The notes: generated from the sequence alone by a model not told the origin. Counted from the first letter of the stretch, positions 47,890-63,360 are shown. The stretch: DNA of 64,000 nucleotides from Setoptus koraiensis (GCA_048013815.1 CM106586.1:15004001-15068000); one strand, 5' to 3'. Translations and numbers: made by a program.

Positions 47890-48300
47890 ATCTCAATTAA
47901 AAGTCAAAGTTGATTCAGAAATGGTATTGTTAAAAGTACAAAAACGATTTAAGTTTTTTCAAAACCTCAAATCTTACACATTTTATGATTTTGGGTCTCA
48001 GGCAGCTGCAGCTCGGCATGAAAAATATGAAGTTCCGAAAAAACAAGTGACAGTAAGCTAACCTTCATTTGGATAAGAGACAAGGGCAGTAGTGTAACCG
48101 TGGAGGCACTGTTGCAAATGAAGATAGTTCAGATCCTATTGTATTCGAATTGCGCATCAAACAAAGAAGACTAAAAGTGATGTCTGTTGATTTTTGCGTA
48201 TGTACGATAGCAGAAATTCTATTGTTTACATTTCTACACAGTAATAAACGAGCGTGGCATATGTGAAAATCTTTGGAATTTATTTGATCAGTTGCTAAAA
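47890..48300 (+). pseudogene. Decayed copy of the IARS2 3' end and 3' flank
   Basis: aacaagtgaca, ggcagtagtgtaa, ttcagatcctatt.tattcgaatt, ttctattgtttacatttcta match 44040-44680, with internal deletions. Confidence 0.75.
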
Positions 48301-48310
48301 GTTATATCCG

Positions 48311-49286
48311 TCATCTATCATTCTGGCCAGTTCTATTGAAATTGAATACAGTGTCTTTTACAACCTGAGCCATCAGGCCTGTTATGGGTTCAATGGTCGC
48401 GCGAGCACAATCTTCCGTCACCTTGGTGAGATTTTCATCTTGTAGTCTTTTCTCGTGTTGGTCTATGCTCATCCATCGTGGTATATAACCGCGTCCGAGT
48501 CTGCCCTCAGCGACTTCAAGGCGTTCAGCGAGATCAGACAGTTGTCTGGTGGTATATTCTGGATTCGTGGATAAACTCGAGCTGCTGAGTGTATTGAACC
48601 AATATTTGTTTCCCAGACACTCAAGAAGGTAATTGTCTAATGACGATTTAAAATAAGAGATCTCCAGAGAGTAATATTTTTTACAGTGCACGCCAAAATC
48701 TTCAATTTTGTTCATGGGTATAGTCTGATATTCTGGCGTTAAATCGTCGGCCGGTTTGAAATTTTTCGGGTAGCATCGGAAAGCACCTATATCAACCTTT
48801 CCAAATGAAATTGTTCTAATAGGATCTATCACGATTGCAACAAAAGGATCTTGGAATTGCTGATTGAGACTTTGTGTGCCGACATCTATACCAGAAAGCC
48901 AGCATCCGTAGCCTGGATGTGAATGATACCAACCTATGACATTTTCTTTTCTATCGACATGCTTGGCCTGTTCAACATAAGCCGCCATATACTCGTAGGC
49001 GGCGGCGTGAGCATTTACCCGTGTTTCTGTACCTTCGACAGGCAAGGCAAATGAGTCCATAACTATCATGGTATTAGTATCGACTTTACCTAATAACATT
49101 CCCATAATCTCTAGAGATCCGCCAGATTTTGCGTGTCTAAGCATCTTCAATAGAGCGTGTGCCGAAATTTTAATAAATTTGAAATAACTGGGGTCCCTTT
49201 CCCATGGCTTTGCTATCCTAATCTCTGATTGTTGTTTTTCGTCATAAATATATATGTCATCAATGGCTGCGGCCTCGCTCAGTATA
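48311..49286 (-). CDS. COPS5: COP9 signalosome subunit 5, missing its first ~18 codons in this copy
   Basis: [32 protein letters not shown] and JAMM motif [17 protein letters not shown]; homology stops abruptly at 49286. Confidence 0.95.
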
Positions 49287-52200
49287 GCACAAAGCAGACA
49301 ACATAACATCCCACAAACCCAAACCTCCCATCTCTGATCTTTAAGTAAGAAAAACAGACAAATCAGCAAACATCAGCGACAGCACATCGCTTTCATGGAA
49401 CGAAGAATTCTACATAAAATTAGAGCCATGCAAACTCAAACTACTATCCAAGATAGTTATAAACTACACAAACCTCCATACATCCAGACAACCAAACAAA
49501 ACATCTACTAACAACCAACCACACAATGCCGCACTACAATCCACACTGGCTCAAACCAACGTTAAAAGCATCAAGGACACAACCACATGACTAATAAACA
49601 TATATAAAAAATACACCATGTTGCTAGAGGCAAAACACGATAACATTATAAATTCCACACTCCTAGACTATACACAAACTACACGACTAGTTCCAGAATA
49701 ATTCAAAAAAATAAAAGCAAGACATAAAAACCCGAAACAAACCCTACCAAACAACAAAACATAGCAAATCAAAATAAAACATAAACGACATCCAACTAAC
49801 ATGCTTACAAAAAAATTATCACAACAAAAAATAACTAAAAAAACGTAAAACAACCCACACCAGCCAAAAAAAATCATCACAAAAACCCCACGACACTCAG
49901 AACCAGAACAACGACAATTACTCACAAAGCCAAAACAATCCGATTTATCCAACGGTGCAAGCCAAGAACAAACCAAAACTAACTACCTATACACTACAGC
50001 AACACTCAAAGGTACCAAAACAAGACCCACGACACAAAAAGCAGATACCAAATCCGTAGCTTAATACTCCACAATATAGTTCAACCGTAACATACACAAC
50101 ACCAACATACCAACTTGCTACCTCGTCACAGTCCCAGAACAACAGCCGGTAACAGCCACACAAACACAGCAAACACAAGACTATCGAACACCACACTAAC
50201 TCGGACATGATTCAAACAAAAAAACCCGAAATACAGCCAACCCATAACAACTACACACAAAAAAGCGAGCATCAAGCGCGACGACGACCCAACAAATATC
50301 ACAATACCGAAGTTACCCAAACACCAGACAACAATCCCATAAACATACGATCTAAACAATGAACAAAACCGTTGCTAACAATAACCCAATTCCCAACAAC
50401 AGACCATAGATGCAAATACAGACAGCATACCAAAAAGCAAAAAAAAAATAAAACACGGGAAAAACCAGGCACAACACCACTAAAAAGAGTCCGTGCAATA
50501 AGCACTGCACAAATACCAGTCACACTCGAAACAACAACACACGAAATAACCTCACCAAATTTACAGCGAAAACAAAGAAGTCCACTCCATCAACCCCATC
50601 GAATAAGGTTAACGTAAGATAACCTACTACAGAATTCCCAATAACCTCTCAAACACAACCACAAAGTCCGACGACGCAAGAACGCAAATACAGAAACCAC
50701 ATGAACTAGCGAGCCCGCGTACACAACCTCTATCAGCGACAACCACACCAACAATATCGGCTCACTGAGAACATCACGTAAGCTTAACCCAAACTACAGG
50801 ACACAATATAGACGTATATTTCAGACAAAAAAGAACTTTACTCCAAAAACCAGAAAACACCCCCCCAACGATAAATACAATCAAAAGAACAAAAGAGCCG
50901 ATGTCCCTGGACAACACGGTCCCACATGCCCTCTATAACAAAAACAAACGAAAAAGACGCAACATCAACAATCGACATCGTAGCCTCTAGAAGGAGAAAG
51001 CCGCATCCCGCCGAATGAAGTCACGTAACGTAGTGTAAAAATAACAACAAGGCAACAAAAAGAACACTACCACCAAAATCTACGTACCTAGACGCGGAAC
51101 ATAACAACATACCACATTCAGCACATTAAGACGCACAAATTACTAACTAGTCCAAATCAGACATCCAAAAACCACTCACCAGAATAAAAAAAGAACATCA
51201 ATAAACGGCACCCAAAACAACAGGACCAAACCACCAACTGTCTACCAAATAAAATAACTTACCACCTGCTTAAATTTACAGCTCTTAGGGAGCATTCGAA
51301 GCAGAAAAGACAACAACATTACCCAAAAAAATTATTAATCTAACAGGCGCACTCAACAAACACCATAACGATAGTCCCAACAAACAGCAATACTACGAAA
51401 AGAGATATTCAACTACGATCAACAGAAGTCACCACATCCACGCCATATACCACATACGCACCCACAAACCTAAGTCAACTACTTCAAACAAAAATAACAA
51501 ACCACACTAAAAACAACACCGACGAATAAACACAGCTGAGCCGAGCACAAAAAAAGGTACAAAATACAGTACCCCAGACACTTATCATATAAACCCTAGC
51601 CCAGCAACACAACTAAAACAACAAACTATAATCACAACAGTAGACCCCACTACGAGCCAAACAAATCGACGCGTCACCCACCATCTGAGCACAACACAAC
51701 ACATTCCATCATCCCTGCGGCGGTTACGACACAAATTAATGCACCCATCCACTTACATCCATCCCGCACGCCACACAATTCAACCATCAAGTCAACGAAC
51801 ATACTATACAAAACAACAAACACGCACAATCAATCAAAACTTACACAATACAAAATAAAGTCCAAAAATCAAGAAGACAAAAGACCCAAAACCGCGCATC
51901 GCACAAACACTATCACATACAAACGCAATAACACCAAACCATTAAACAACCCAACAACCAACAACAAACACTAGGGAAACAACACCCTACGTTCCACCAA
52001 CAACCACACATACACCAAATTGCCCCACAACTTGAATCCAAGAAACAGACAATCAAAGGGTGCAAACGTAGAAATGGCAAACCCCTGGTATAGAATCACC
52101 GAGAAAAATCACATACACCATGCAAGCGAAATAACACAAAATAAAAACACAAACATCAACGTACATCCACAAGACGAACAAAGTACACAACGCCAACAGC

Positions 52201-55200
52201 AGGGCTACGCCTCACCAGATATCAAACAACATACACCCCAACCGCAAAACTTACCCAATCCAAAAACACACAACCAAAATTATACAACAAAGCGAAACCC
52301 GACCCCTGAGCCACACAAAATCTGATTATCCCAGACAAAGGAACAAAACACTAGTGCAACTACAATAACCACAAATCAGATAATACTAGCTCAACTTCAA
52401 CTAACCATACAAACAATACAGCCAACAACATTACATTGCATAGCGAAGCAAAAACCAATGTACAGCCAACACTGATAAACTTAAGCATTCCTCGAACCAC
52501 TATTGCGAAAGAAGCACAATACCAGAGGACCACGCTACGACACATCAGCGAGAGAATTCAGCCAGAAGAACGGCGAAATCATCCTCCAAAAAAACTAAGA
52601 CTAAGGAAACTTATTAAAACAAACACGCCAACAAAGAATGAAAACAGCTATATAAAACTACCAACTCCTACCAAATACAACACCAAAGCAACACACACAG
52701 CCAATAACACACATACACTACGCACGGAGCTAAAAACCACAGCGTCGAACAAATCACAACAAGAAAATCCCTAAAAAAAACCACCACAACCAACCAGTTC
52801 ATAATAGCACAACCTCCTCATATCCATCAGAATAATTAACCCTCACACAATCAACATCTAAAACCTACAAACCCTGTAGCAACGCTACGGGACATAATTG
52901 CATGCACGCAAGGCAGCACCTAAACTACACGAAATGTGACATACAAAACATAACAACTAAAAGCTCCAAACGGCCACACAATACGATGAACAAAAACAAT
53001 AACACCATACACGCAACAAAGAACAACTAAACTGATAAAAGACACCGCTACTACAAACAAAAAATAAACTACCAACCAAAACCTACGAACTAAAAGAACA
53101 TGGCAGACACACACTAATCCAAACACTAGACTACTCACGACCAAAATACACAAAATCGAAGAAAAAAAATAGTCGAAACCAGGGATCTCCTACATAATAC
53201 ATGCTAAATGACCAGACACACCCACACAAGTACATACTAAAATCAAAAAACATCTACATACCACCCCAAATAACACACCACTCGTAAACACAACAAGGAT
53301 ACTACTCTACCAACAAGTACTTCTCAGCACACAGATCATTAACCAAGACTTACATATCTACACTATAACCCCGAGCAAAACGAGAAGATAACTAAAAGGA
53401 AGGTTCTTGGCACACTGCAACAACACCAATGGAATAAACATAGAAACAGAACACCAATCTGAGAAAATAGAAGACCTAAAAAACTCAGACAACCAGAACT
53501 AAAGCAAACAAACTACACTTAAACCATAAGAACAAACGACACAAAAAAAACACAGTACGCCAAAATCCATACTAGCAAACACAAAAAATCTGGACAGATT
53601 ACCGAACACACTACACAAGAACGAACGAAATACAGAACCACTATAATGCACATCACCCAGACGACAAAACACCCAAAACCAAACGGCATCCACATACCCA
53701 AACTACAACATACCACAAAATCAAATACAACACAAGAAATAAGTGCAAAACTACTCCGACACTACACTAGCACGGGGGGGGCTAAAACGCACTGATACAA
53801 CCCTACAAAATAGAACAACGAATCCAAACAGTAAGTCCACCACTAACACAAAAACAAATAACTAATAACAAAATCCACACAATAACATAAGGCCGAAGCA
53901 CGACCGAAACAATTAGATCACAGAACCATAAAACCAAACTAAACAATCAATACCAGACATACCATCATGATCAATAAAGTGAAAAATGATACCAACGACA
54001 CCGCAACAATGACGATCAACGACTAAAGCTCAACACCAAAACCAAGAAAAGAACAAATGCACTAAAATAGCCCCCCGACCACGAAACAAAGACCCGAACG
54101 GACACAACAAAAACATAGAACAAAACCTAAAATAATGAAACCACACCAAAACCATCGAACAAACCACATGTCATACAACCAGGCATTCACTAACGAGCCC
54201 ATAACTAAGCCAAAGAAAAATGCCCATTATCCAACAGGTTCTCGCCTGAAAAATCACCCAGAAGAACAGCCAATAGCTCCCATAATCAACGGCGAAAAAC
54301 CTAACAGGAAACCGCCAATCAAACACAGCAATAAACTGCAACTCATCGCTACAGCTTCACCTAGAATACACCAACAATAGGAAGGATCACAGCCCAAGTA
54401 CATACAAACACGTACAAAACAACGATGTCACTAGCGAAAAAACGATCACAACACTACACCCCTGAAAGCAATCAAACGAACTACAACGAAATCAACACCA
54501 TCAACTAATCACCCAGCTACAACTCAAACATCACATCATAGGGTCTCCCACAAACGACAAAAACACATCTCACCCTCACTCAAACAAATCGGCTACTTCA
54601 CGGTAAACGAAGTAAGAACACATGATCACAATGCTCGAATCTACGATCCAAAATAAGAGATCCCACTTGGTCGCAATCAGCTACTAACAATCAAAGAACA
54701 AAAAGCAAAAAACAACCAACAAGAACATCGCCCACATAACCCAAATAACAACAACGCGCTACTACCACCAATACCCCTAAAATACAACTATATAGCTATA
54801 ACTATACACACCAACACCCACACCTAACCCGCGCACCACACCAACTCCACATCATGACAGACTAGAAACATAAGGACCAAGACCTAAACAAACATCCTCA
54901 CTAATCCAACGAGACAGAGGCAGTAACAACAGAACACTAACTTACTTCATACACCAAAGCGCCAGACCAAACATCAAACAAAACTTAACAACCAACGAAT
55001 ATACCGCGAACCTTACATCGCAACAACACGAAAATATAAAGGCCGTACACACAAAAAACCACGCCCCCAAAAACACGAAACACCCTTACTAACGAAACAC
55101 TCAGATAACAACAAAGCAACAAGCGTACAACCACAACAACATTTTAACATCGTCGCTACAGTGCCATGTTCGACCAACAACAAAAGCCCAAAAACCCCCA

Positions 55201-58200
55201 TATCCCATCTACATACCAGTCAAGTCAAAGACCGTCCACACCGACGTATACACCTAACACACGCCGCTACGATACGCGTCACCCATAGACCACATAAAAA
55301 AAGCTAACACACAAGCAGTGGAAATGAGCATAAATTACAAAACAGACAAGGTCCCGAACGACCACCATTATTCGTCGCCACATACATCTATACGTTTTAA
55401 TAATGGGTCTAACAGACGCACTCGATAGATCAAACAAATTACAACCACCCCGTAGTAAGAATCAAGACATGACGTACTTACCACGACCTCAATCATCATT
55501 AACAACACATAACTCATCGCATTACAGAAAACAACTACCCACAACATTACACACGCAAATAAACCAACAGAAACAACGGACCAACTAAAAAAAACAAAAC
55601 AACACGACCAGTTACCAAAGACAACAACGTTCAGTACCAACAAACAGGCAAAGCACACTTCACTAAACCAAATCGTTACAAATAACAACCCAAAAACTCA
55701 CCAAAGACAGCAACAACAATATCATCGATAAAGACAACAACAATTTAAATACGTACAAACCAAAAACAAAGCCTTAGAACACCATATAACCAAAACCAAG
55801 CACCATACCCCACACTGGAATACATAACTACTAAAATCAAATCCAAACTAACAACCTACTAAAACATTCTAACCAGAGATTCAATACCCATCACAAAACC
55901 CCGGAAATACAACATAAAACTCACAAACATAAAGTGCTGAGTTTCGAAAATTCAACGAAAACTTACACCCTAGCGAAAATGTAAAACACAACCTCATAAA
56001 ACCTACGAACAAACTCAACCAGACGAGCACTACAATCGTAACCTAAATAACATAAAAAGTTACGTCAAAACAAAACTACCCCAACAGCCAGTGTAATAAT
56101 GACTAAACAGAAACCAATTAACCCACTAACATAGATAGCTACATAGAAATTGACACACAACAAGAACAATACAGCTTAAGAGACCCATTATACTAGTAAA
56201 CTACAAAACATAATAACCAACACATCAAACCAACAACCAAAGACATGCTAAAGACACAACCTATACAAAACTACAATATACAATGGCTACCACACCTACC
56301 GCAACAACACAAGAAACAAAAGCGACCAAAAACAAAGCACTAGTCTACTACAAAAACAGACTCACGTACAAGCGCAAACACAAAGCACGAACAACCTACA
56401 CCTACAACAAAAAACCGCACAACACTAAACTTTAAAAAAAAACCAGGAGCAGCCGAAATCTCGCATCACCACAAAACAATACCCTCCCAAAAAGAACGAA
56501 ACACAAAAACAACCTAGCTACAGACAGATCGCAATAACGTCACGAATTCGAACCACAAAGACACACGACAACGAGCCACGAAACAAACAAACGTATAAAC
56601 AAGAATCACAAACACCTTACCAGACCCGCATCCAGCACCCCGCTCAGAAGAACAACGAAATCCACTAAGATAATATGCATAAGTTGAGGACTGGGCTATA
56701 ACAAATAATCTAAAAAAATAAAACAACGCACCACCACCCGTTGAAACAACCAAGCCTAAACTAAACTTCCTAACACATTACTACACCACATTTACACACA
56801 CTAATCACCACATACACATTCACCACATAGACAACACACATAATAAACACACATACCACCAACAGAGCTTCATCACAGCCAGAAAGGGAACGTGATCCAA
56901 ACCAGCACCAACAAAACATAGGAACAAAGATACTATATACGACAACCTATAGAACCAATAATATAACGAAATAAAACAATATAAGGACCACAATACTGGC
57001 GATATACAAGATCGCACAAGTCCAAACACGAAGGAACAATCTAGATAGTCATGAAGGGACGAGAAAGAAAAACAGCAGCCTAAGCTAGCACAACACTAAG
57101 CGAGAGACTCACACGTGACACGGCCATAACCTCCTCAAAAATCTAAGTTCGAAATAACTAACATTTGGTAGCACGATGAAAACAAGCACAAAAGCCATCA
57201 GTGACTTGACCTGAAACACAGAACTGCGGCCACACAAGTAAACCCAGAATCAACAAACGGTTCAAACCCTAAACCAAAAAAATCATAAACAAACGTTGCT
57301 CCAAATTCTGAAAATTAGTCAGACTAAACCAAAAAAACACAAGGAACAAACATACCTTACAAGCAGATAAACTACTAGGAAAAAACATACCGTAAATCTA
57401 CACCCAGACACAATTAAACAAGATAACCAGCAACAACTGCTATAAGAACAAACTAACAAAATAATAGCATAAATCCACAAGGCATCCACATAGAATAGTA
57501 CTAGAACACACACCCCCATAAACGCACCAAACATCACATACCACAAACACAGCAACCATACACACAGATTACATCAAGAGATCATAGCATCCCAAAAGCA
57601 ATGCCTACTGACAGTAGACCCAACACCAACTTAAAACTGGCGAGCACCCAAACTCACAATTCAAATACCATAAAAAGCCCATCCGGGAAACAAACTAACA
57701 GACCGTACATCAAACCAATCTGCAATCCACCAACAGAAGTTATTAAATTCGACGTACGAAGTCAAATAAAACTATCCCACCGCAAAAAGCAATTACACCC
57801 ACAAACAAACCACAAACAACGTACCAAAAAACACACTCACAAACCGCAAGACCAATGAACAAAACACTACAAAATACTTCAACTCAACCGAAAACTCCAA
57901 ACACACAAATTAACACGCACCAGACTTAACCCGCCAAAACGACAAAAATCATTCCGATATCACATAACACAACAACACCCAAAAGTAACAATAAGCCGGT
58001 AGTCAAACTGACCCCCAAAAACAAACAAGACTACAAGAACAGAACTAACATATTTCATAACATCCAATAAACCCGACTCCACGACTACAACAATAACGCT
58101 CTACCTTACCCAACAAAGCCCAATCAAATACACAAAACCAACATTAATACACCAGCCAGGAGGTTACACACCACCTAAAGCAATCCAACATATAATCTAT

Positions 58201-61200
58201 CCAAAATCATCGTGGAGTAAATCAATCTACAGATTAGATCTGACACTATAAGACTATGTCCCAATACATACCCAATCACCCACTCACAGACAACAATCAG
58301 CAATACACTACAGACCAAAACACTTCAGACACAAAACAAAGGCACCAAACGGTGAAACTAAAACAACTAACATAATCAATCAACACACAAAACCAAATAT
58401 GCAAACAATAAATAGCAACAAACCAACAAATACATCCAATAACCCCCCCCAGCAAACTTATACACTAAGGACAGACACAGATACAACCACTTAATCGTAA
58501 CCAAAACTAACAAGAATACCACCAATCAAGAATTCGATACAAAAAAAAAAGACAAGCCATAATCACATACCGACATCATCCTTAACAAGCCAGAATAAAA
58601 AACCATCACACATCCACCCAAGTAACAACAAAAGAGAACGAGAAAAGAAACACAGAAGTACCCAATACGAAATGGAAACAAAGCACACAGCGAATCAGCA
58701 CAATTACAACAACCGAACTCACGAAACAACAAAAACAAAAGAGCAAATACAAACTCAGAGGACCAACACATCTACATAATTAACACCAAAAAAACCAAAA
58801 CAAAGAAATACACTAATTGCATAATAACAACAAGCAATACAACATACATACCCTACAACACGACTCACCAAAATCCGAAAAAACAATCCTAAACAAAAAA
58901 TAACACAGAGATTCCCGCAACTAATATCACACGACCAATCAAGTCCCAATCAGCAACAGAAGCGAATCTAGTCATCAATGAGCAGACGCACAACCCCAAA
59001 AACGCCCAAAGCCAAATCACGAAAACAATATTAATGCAACACAAGAAACAACAAGGTAAACCTATACAATCAAAGACATAAACCACGTCCTTTAATTATA
59101 CAAACCGAAACACCAATCCACACACGTTTACTAAATACAATACGAATAAAACGTTCACTACGAACAAAAAAATAGTAACAACAGAACACAACCACAAAAT
59201 CGCAATCTAAAATCCCACCACACCTACAAGATACATACCATACTAAAATTTAATATAGAAACAAATCAACACACCAAGCAAGACACCACCCCAGCCCAAA
59301 AATTATCGATACGAACACCAGTTAAAATCACACTAATACTTCATACAGCACAAGCAACCCACAAACCCGATCTCAAAGCGAAAAACACCAACTATGATCA
59401 AACTAACACGCACAAGAAAACGAACATCAGCACACACACAAGCTAGCACGACAAAGCGTAAGTATCTACTATGCCTAAGATCCACTCAGGAACCCCATAT
59501 AAACTTAAATACAACCACACTTAATCAATCAAACAACAACCACAATTCAAAGTACCACAACAAACAACGAAAAACACCTAACCCACACCAAAACAAAAAA
59601 ATCATAATACCAACTATATCACATCTCTATCAAGTAATAAAACCCACACACAACACTAACCACACCGTGACATTAGTAACGGTCACGCACAGTAGAACAA
59701 ACACCCAAGATCAACCACATACCCCGCCACAGGCTACACAGTTATTGACATCGTACCCAAACCAACAGCAAAACCAGCAACAAATATCGTATCCTCACCA
59801 CTACAAGCCAGATCATCTACCCTAGCACTATTAAATAGGGAACTCACCATCAACCAGCCTCAACACAATCCATTTATCCATAACTACACGACAACAATAC
59901 ACCAAAGACTGAAACACCCCCCCGACACTGACATGAAACACAGACGAATCCCAACGCCCCAGAAAAACGTAATACTACCAAACAAATCAAACAAGAATCC
60001 TCCCTCAAACTTCCACAAGAAACAATACTTATTAAATATACTCCGGGCCACAATACCAGCTAAAACAAAACCACAACACTTAACTTAACCTAACCAACAC
60101 CGAAATATATAAAACAACACAACGTGATAAACAAAATCAAAACAGCAAGATCACCGAAGAACTACAATCATTATACCTCGACACATACCAAAACACGTAG
60201 CGCAAATCTGAACTAATGCAATGCAAAGTACAACATTACATAACAAAAACCAGAAGATCTCGAACGCGTTCACAATAACAAAACATCATACCATTTTCTA
60301 CCTACACATGGTAATCGCTCGAAGCCCCGCCAAAGCCACTACTCGAAATATAGTGACCTAAACGCGAAACTTAGTAAACCGTAGAAAAAACATATCAGAA
60401 AAGACATATTCTGAACTAGCCAGAGGAACAGAAGCGGGACATCACAGCAAACTCAAGAAATTATAAACAACAGACTATGGCTACGGACAACTGAACTAAT
60501 ACGTTATGTAATCACCACTACACCGAAAAAAAGAATATTAACGTGGAAAACATATACAAATATAGAAATCCTATACACACAATTTGCAAAAAAACAGCCT
60601 ACAAAATAACCGCACATAACACAGGCAACATTAAAAAAAGATAAACAAAGATCACATCCAACGAAAACCAAGTCCGCAACAAGAACCACTTATTGTCACC
60701 CCCACGATACATCGACTTACCACCGAACATCACCAAATAATACAACCAAAAAAGGACTATAACTATAAAACCCCTAACGCAAAAAAAACGACCGATAACG
60801 TCACAATAATTAAAAGCCCGATATAACCAAACTCAAAATGATTCAACGTCACACCTTCAGTCCTTTCACACAGAAATGGACTCATAGTCTGTAGAAAGGT
60901 AGACGAAGGATCACCGCTAGTAAAGAACCAACTCTAAGGCAACAGCGAACGGGCAGCCACAAAGACTTTGTTGTTTACCACGAACATCAACAAAGAGGGA
61001 ACAAAATAAGTTATAACATAATCATATACCAAATAACAATACAACCAGCAACAAACACAGATAAGTACTCATCGAAAAGGCCTAAGACGAAATGAGCAGA
61101 AAATTCGAAGACCAGGGTTGAATCGGCCAAACGATCTGCGCACTAAAAAACTATAGCGTAAGAAATCTTAAATCGGAAAAAAAACACAAGCAACCTACAA

Positions 61201-61668
61201 GTATTCAAACAAACGATCAAAAGCGACGACTCAACAAGCAGAGATACAACACCCAACTAACCATCCTCCAATAGCAAAATCAGAAGCACAGCCATACACA
61301 TAGCTGAAGGAATAAATGCACAATACGAAAAACTCTACCGATCGACCGACGAAATCTTATGCACGTGAGACGCATTAATCCAGTAAACGTACCGAACCCT
61401 ATAAATAGAACAATAAACCAAAACGAAAATAAACTAAGACATAAAAAGAGGGAAAAACTAGACCAGAATAATAACACCACATACGCCATCCTTCACCGAA
61501 CCGAACGATAAATTACACGAACCCTCAGACACAAGCATCTTTGGAGCAGAAAAAATCACCTACAGTAGAGGTCGGGCAAAGACGGATAAAATAGAGATAT
61601 CAGTAGCTCTAAAAGAAAAAACCAAATCTAAACATGAACACACCTAGATCTAAGAAGACTACAACAAG
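49287..61668. other. 12.4-kb aperiodic A/C-rich block, probably low-quality long-read sequence
   Basis: Sample line 51781-51840 has 32 A, 18 C, 7 T, 3 G; no tandem period, no recognisable gene; abrupt start inside COPS5; ends at an N gap. Confidence 0.7.
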
Positions 61669-62168
61669 NNNNNNNNNNNNNNNNNNNNNNNNNNNNNNNN
61701 NNNNNNNNNNNNNNNNNNNNNNNNNNNNNNNNNNNNNNNNNNNNNNNNNNNNNNNNNNNNNNNNNNNNNNNNNNNNNNNNNNNNNNNNNNNNNNNNNNNN
61801 NNNNNNNNNNNNNNNNNNNNNNNNNNNNNNNNNNNNNNNNNNNNNNNNNNNNNNNNNNNNNNNNNNNNNNNNNNNNNNNNNNNNNNNNNNNNNNNNNNNN
61901 NNNNNNNNNNNNNNNNNNNNNNNNNNNNNNNNNNNNNNNNNNNNNNNNNNNNNNNNNNNNNNNNNNNNNNNNNNNNNNNNNNNNNNNNNNNNNNNNNNNN
62001 NNNNNNNNNNNNNNNNNNNNNNNNNNNNNNNNNNNNNNNNNNNNNNNNNNNNNNNNNNNNNNNNNNNNNNNNNNNNNNNNNNNNNNNNNNNNNNNNNNNN
62101 NNNNNNNNNNNNNNNNNNNNNNNNNNNNNNNNNNNNNNNNNNNNNNNNNNNNNNNNNNNNNNNNNNNN
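61669..62168. other. Assembly gap (500 N)
   Basis: Run of N. Confidence 1.
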
Positions 62169-62608
62169 CAGCATCCGTAGCCTGGATGTGAATGATACCA
62201 ACCTATGACATTTTCTTTTCTATCGACATGCTTGGCCTGTTCAACATAAGCCGCCATATACTCGTAGGCGGCGGCGTGAGCATTTACCCGTGTTTCTGTA
62301 CCTTCGACAGGCAAGGCAAATGAGTCCATAACTATCATGGTATTAGTATCGACTTTACCTAATAACATTCCCATAATCTCTAGAGATCCGCCAGATTTTG
62401 CGTGTCTAAGCATCTTCAATAGAGCGTGTGCCGAAATTTTAATAAATTTGAAATAACTGGGGTCCCTTTCCCATGGCTTTGCTATCCTAATCTCTGATTG
62501 TTGTTTTTCGTCATAAATATATATGTCATCAATGGCTGCGGCCTCGCTCAGTATACTGCTGCAACCCTCTTTGGGGTCTATATCCATCAAGTCTTGCTTT
62601 GATGTCAT
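62169..62608 (-). CDS. COPS5: COPS5 5' portion with the true start ([18 protein letters not shown]), cut by the gap
   Basis: 62169-62555 matches 48900-49286 at a constant 13269-bp offset; joining the copies gives a 342-aa CSN5. Confidence 0.93.
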
Positions 62609-63269
62609 GATTGTGTGTGTTGTTAATATAAGCCAGCGATAGTAAATAACTATAAATAGTAGATAACTAAAAATAGTGTAAAGTAGTGAATTAAAGAATT
62701 CAGGGGATACCGCTAATGGTATGTGATGGATTAGAGTGTGATATAAGACAAGATAAGGAGGACATTACGATAATAATTGCATTTTTTATTTTCTTGCCAT
62801 GTGATCGACTTGAGCACATCGGCATTCTGTGCGCCGTGCGCAGATCCGGCACACGCAGGCATAAATGTAATTGTGTGGATTCAACTTTGTTGTGCGCACG
62901 CGCAAGTGTTGAATAACCATGGCTTTTCGCGTTCAAGTTTGTCGAGTTCGACAACGACGACGACGACGGCGGCGGCGGCGGCGACGAGTGATCAAGAAGC
63001 GAGTGAGAGTGAGTCAAGATTTGTCCGTCGCTCGACGAGTTTGTTTATATGTGTGTTCGAAAATTTCGAACTTATTCCATCACTACGCTTTCAAGCATGA
63101 ACATCTCCGGATAGTTGGTTAGTCGGTTGCTCGGTTAAGTTGACTCTCTCGAACTAATTTATTCGTCGACTATCATCATCGTTCATTCATTATTCTGTAC
63201 CAGCAGTAATTATTATTACGTCGTAGTTTTGATTGGAGTTTTCTCATCAACATTAGTGGCAGAAGAAGC

Positions 63270-63360
63270 AGCAACAACAACAACAACGACAGCGGCAACA
63301 ACAACGACAACAACAACGACAACAACAACGACAACAACAACATCATCATCATCATCACCA
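63270..63360. repeat. (ACA/ACG)n-(TCA)n trinucleotide microsatellite
   Basis: Seen directly. Confidence 0.9.

Noticed and set aside
49287-49369. Hydrophobic N-terminus MLICLFF... on the COPS5 ORF
   Set aside because: It is read from the A/C-rich block; the real start is at 62608.
49287-61668. Mitochondrial genome insertion (NUMT), suggested by size and skew
   Set aside because: T content is far too low on this strand, and I found no cox/cob/nad or rRNA motifs; the F/V/C-rich minus-strand ORFs follow from composition.
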